The notes under the pieces are model-generated. The model ran no database searches. It saw only the letters and a list, made by a program, of their open reading frames with translations, and was not told where the DNA came from. Of a stretch of 64,000 nt of DNA, positions 61,801 to 64,000 are shown one piece after another. Position 1 is the first letter of the stretch. Each line of letters begins with the position of its first letter. The position numbers and the translations under genes were made by a program. Origin of the DNA: Thecamonas trahens ATCC 50062 (Eukaryota > Protista > Apusomonadida). The stretch is from contig NW_013657615.1 in NCBI RefSeq assembly GCF_000142905.1, positions 124,001-188,000 on the forward strand, in the 5' to 3' direction.

Positions 61801-64000
61801 CAGTGGGTCGGCGAGCCAGGCGTCGTTGTGGGGAAAGCAGAAAAAGGCAAAGCCGCCACCCACGGCGGCGTGGGAGGAGCCGGTGATCACAGCGTGCTCG
61901 GCATCGATGGTCGACTCGCAGGCAAAAAAGGTGCCGCCGTAGTCTGCAAACGAGTTTGCAATGCCGGTGTTGAGAAGGGCAACACGACCACCGGGAGCAG
62001 TACTATCGGTGCCATACATGGAGCGGGCCGAGAGGACCAGGGCGGTGCGCGTGGCAGCAATAGCGCCACCCCAGACGGCCGAGTTTCCATCAAGCGACGA
62101 GCTCACGATGTCGAGGGTGGCGAGGCCGACGAGCGCGACGCCACCGCCCATACCGCCGGCAGTGTTGCCGAGTAGGGTCGAGTTTGTGACGCGGAGCGTG
62201 TTGGCAGAGCCAGTGAGCGCCAGGGAGAGGGCACCGCCAGAGCTCGCGGTTGCGAGGTTAGCGGAAAACGTCGAGGCGGTGATGGCGAGGGAGACGTCAA
62301 AGCCAGAGATGGCGATGGCGCCGCCGCCGATGCCGGAGCCAAAGGCGCCGAGCGCAGTGTTGGCGTCAAAAGTGACCGAATCGAGATGGAGAGCGGCGGA
62401 GCCAGAGACGGCGAGGGCGCCGCCGGACGAGGCGGCAGTGTTGGCGCGGAAGACGACGTGGACGAGGTCGACAACGGCGCCAGAGTGGAGGGTGAGTGCA
62501 CCGCCATGACCGGCGAGCGCCTGCTGCGGAGCGGCTTCTGCGTTTGAGCACTCGGCCACAGTAGCGTTGCGGAGGGTGAGGACGGCGGAGGAGCCGACGA
62601 AGATGCCTGATGGGTATGGGAGCGAAAAGTGAGCCTGTGAGGTGCCGTAGATGGAGACGCCATCGAGAGTGAGAGCGCCACCGTCGCGGAGAGCAAATAG
62701 AGTGCCGCCACCTGCGGTGCGGCAATCGAAGCGGGCACCGTGGGAGGAGACGATGGAGACGCGCTTGCCGACGACTGCGAGCGGCGGGGTGTGGGCAAGC
62801 GGCGGAACGCATCCGGTGATAGCGAGTGGGCCGATGTCGATGACGGCGTTGCGAGTGCAGGGCGAGAAGCGAGCGAGGGCAGCAGCAACGCAGGTCATGG
62901 TCTGGAAGACTCCGGCGCACTCGGGGAGGGCGTCGAGAGTGACCGGGGCCGAGGAGACCGTCGGGGTAGCAAAGCCCGGGCGTTGCTTGTGAAGCGAGAT
63001 GCCTGCGTCGTGGGCGAGGAGCACATCGTAGTAGCCATCGTAGTTGAGGTCGGCGACGGCGAGGGCGAAGCGGCCGCTGACAGCGCCGCCGACGGCGACG
63101 CGTGTGCCAAAGACGGTGCCATCACGGGCATTGAGCCAGACCTGCGTGACAGAAGCGGACGAGACGATGAGGTCGCTTCGGCCGTCGGAGGAGATGTCGA
63201 GAGCGACGAGGCACGTGATGGGCAGCGAGCCGGCGAGTGTGTAGCTGACGGGAGCCGAGGGAAAGGTGGCGGTCGCGTCCGGGTTGTTGACAACGTACAC
63301 GCTGCCGGCCAGGGTGGCAAATGTCAGATCGAGAGACTCGTCCTCGCCGGAGAGGCGGCCGTACGCAAGGGCGGAGACGCCGGCTGCGAGGCCTGCGGTG
63401 CTGGCTATCGGGATCGGGGGATCAAAGGTGCCCGGGCCGGAGGCGGCGACGTAGAAGAGCGTGGAGGCGGCAGCATCGGCATAGACAAAGTGGGATGGCG
63501 TCGAGTAGCTAGCGAGGCGGGAGTGTGCGGTGAAGGGAGCGGCGACGACAGCAGTGATGTCTGTGGCCGAGGTAGTGAGTGTAACCGAGGCAGCAAAGTC
63601 GGGGCCAAAGACGACGACGAGAGTTGTGTCTGAAAAGAGGGCAATGTCGGGATTGATGTCTGCATTGGCGGAGCAACCAACCAGGCCGCGTGGAGGTCCG
63701 GCGAGGGCGGGGACGGGGACGATGAGTGGGACAGCAGCGTCAAAGCGGCCCTCGCCGAGATTGGCGGCGATGTACAGGTCTGACGACGAGTTGAAGACAG
63801 CGACGAGATCGAGGAGAGTGTCGCCGGTGGCATCGAGGGCGAGCAGACCGACTGAGTAACCGGGGGAGGTTGCGAGGACGGTGATGGCGCCACCCGAGAC
63901 AAAGCCAGAAGCCAGATTGTTGGCCCAGAGAACGAGCGGGTTGCCCGGTTCGGCGGCGCCGACAACGACGTCGAGAAAGGCATCGCCGGTCAAGTCTGCG
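58897..64000 (-). CDS. Large mosaic membrane protein: FG-GAP repeats + Pmp-like beta-helix + Cys-rich GCC2/3-like repeats + multi-pass TM; 5' end off the window
   Basis: DLTGDAFLDVVV, DISSDGRSDLIV, DLNYDGYYDVLL; FxxN/GGAI repeats; CVRCPPFTFS, CLECPAGATC; hydrophobic C-terminal block with RFGSIYNTYR..YYWYE. The frame is open to the window end. Confidence 0.85.
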   Translation of the reverse strand, partial: ADLTGDAFLDVVVGAAEPGNPLVLWANNLASGFVSGGAITVLATSPGYSVGLLALDATGDTLLDLVAVFNSSSDLYIAANLGEGRFDAAVPLIVPVPALAGPPRGLVGCSANADINPDIALFSDTTLVVVFGPDFAASVTLTTSATDITAVVAAPFTAHSRLASYSTPSHFVYADAAASTLFYVAASGPGTFDPPIPIASTAGLAAGVSALAYGRLSGEDESLDLTFATLAGSVYVVNNPDATATFPSAPVSYTLAGSLPITCLVALDISSDGRSDLIVSSASVTQVWLNARDGTVFGTRVAVGGAVSGRFALAVADLNYDGYYDVLLAHDAGISLHKQRPGFATPTVSSAPVTLDALPECAGVFQTMTCVAAALARFSPCTRNAVIDIGPLAITGCVPPLAHTPPLAVVGKRVSIVSSHGARFDCRTAGGGTLFALRDGGALTLDGVSIYGTSQAHFSLPYPSGIFVGSSAVLTLRNATVAECSNAEAAPQQALAGHGGALTLHSGAVVDLVHVVFRANTAASSGGALAVSGSAALHLDSVTFDANTALGAFGSGIGGGAIAISGFDVSLAITASTFSANLATASSGGALSLALTGSANTLRVTNSTLLGNTAGGMGGGVALVGLATLDIVSSSLDGNSAVWGGAIAATRTALVLSARSMYGTDSTAPGGRVALLNTGIANSFADYGGTFFACESTIDAEHAVITGSSHAAVGGGFAFFCFPHNDAWLADPLTASPSPPTTAGYGPNRATSTASLALELPVPSSVMSGVAFGAGAVAVYDGYGALVRDNSIALAPTVDQPTVFAAAGIAGALIDPATGQIALTNLAVTAVVWTEALWDAGDPLVAIELRRAGTFAPPALSLAVAVAQCGPNYGSNSLSDAPLLCVRCPPFTFSSNTSTAACTPVPTCDSGEDFVDGACSSCPANTVRSVHNVTGELSVCVCDLGFWTPTAAPDVACLECPAGATCAGRSSLPVARPEWYPTGPPTSGKFARCPVPEACLGAGSCAASYVADSFMCKDCARGFYRRQDRTCRPCPGSSTALFFVLVIIVIIGSIVAFAAVLFTAVHIFSGADTVFGEGDVSETAFAARHKLVPHAVTVTLIFLQVLGILASAPFNWPTPPIKQILEAANVANVDLSIFATDCTLSSFVARYSLSLALPAAMIVTIAAMIAIVKLVPHLCAFRKLAIIAAVPTRAIAERLLFTFGPIMYIPLCRATLVYFDCTQLPDGGYYLDAELSEACFSPSWWRYLPLAIAGFVVYVLFMPTYFAAMLYRSRNSLEDPTTLLRFGSIYNTYRRHYYWYEVALLVQRLFIVVASLFFSNITVWLFSGLMTVFLAFLIHQLRAYPFYAPAHNRLETRLNICIVALILCGILFWADDWPNRASFWVVVGVAVAVIVTAVIFLASSAIAEVSERLRKPSSSGHTLTAAHDVMLVSMLNAHYADVSSPSLKTALSSVVSGRGAALVASAASSSSSASSALGDEVVVTISPAILGSSSSSMLDSRADHRDASGLTSDDSLTCMARSSPGLALMARGGRRDSNGSEPPSPKTADLMARVRKPASSRSAATSRSLASNERSASQPRRGSRTARNSPIIRALHNQQPSRDRQGSDPPLPTPKLKTSHSAHLLPVRRASHASVSPVRHRNKSRVAPSEHLHSPSPSPSPSPSPSPSTAGFPPHPRSRDRPRSHDRPRRNSRPTHTPTQ

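Overview
GC-rich, gene-dense, intron-poor eukaryotic nuclear DNA with two assembly gaps (3537-4351, 18838-18937). Gene content (parvin, EFCAB9, Slo-type channel, FG-GAP/Pmp mosaic protein) and short GTAYGY introns suggest a flagellated protist related to opisthokonts, probably the apusomonad Thecamonas trahens; this is an inference. About 33 protein-coding genes are supported. Several are missed or split in the ORF track because they run off the edge, are spliced (Asterix, IF1, HSF-like, DAD1, UBAP2-like, RRM2, eIF2-beta, a small mitochondrial protein, EFCAB9) or carry an apparent one-base deletion. The top finding is at 28929-29909 (-): a homolog of the p2 DNA-binding subunit of the MTA1/AMT1 6mA DNA methyltransferase complex, fused to an ING-type PHD finger with an intact aromatic cage. 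This is a candidate direct link from H3K4me3 to adenine methylation. Other unusual architectures are a triple-SARAF-domain membrane protein, a G8/beta-helix-CHRD-CBM-stalk-TM-SH3 receptor, a minimal attractin-like protein, a three-CH parvin, a CaaX-tailed EFCAB9 and a bacterial-type ABC-F. No rRNA, tRNA, CRISPR array or transposase was recognised. All family calls are by-eye motif recognition, not database searches.
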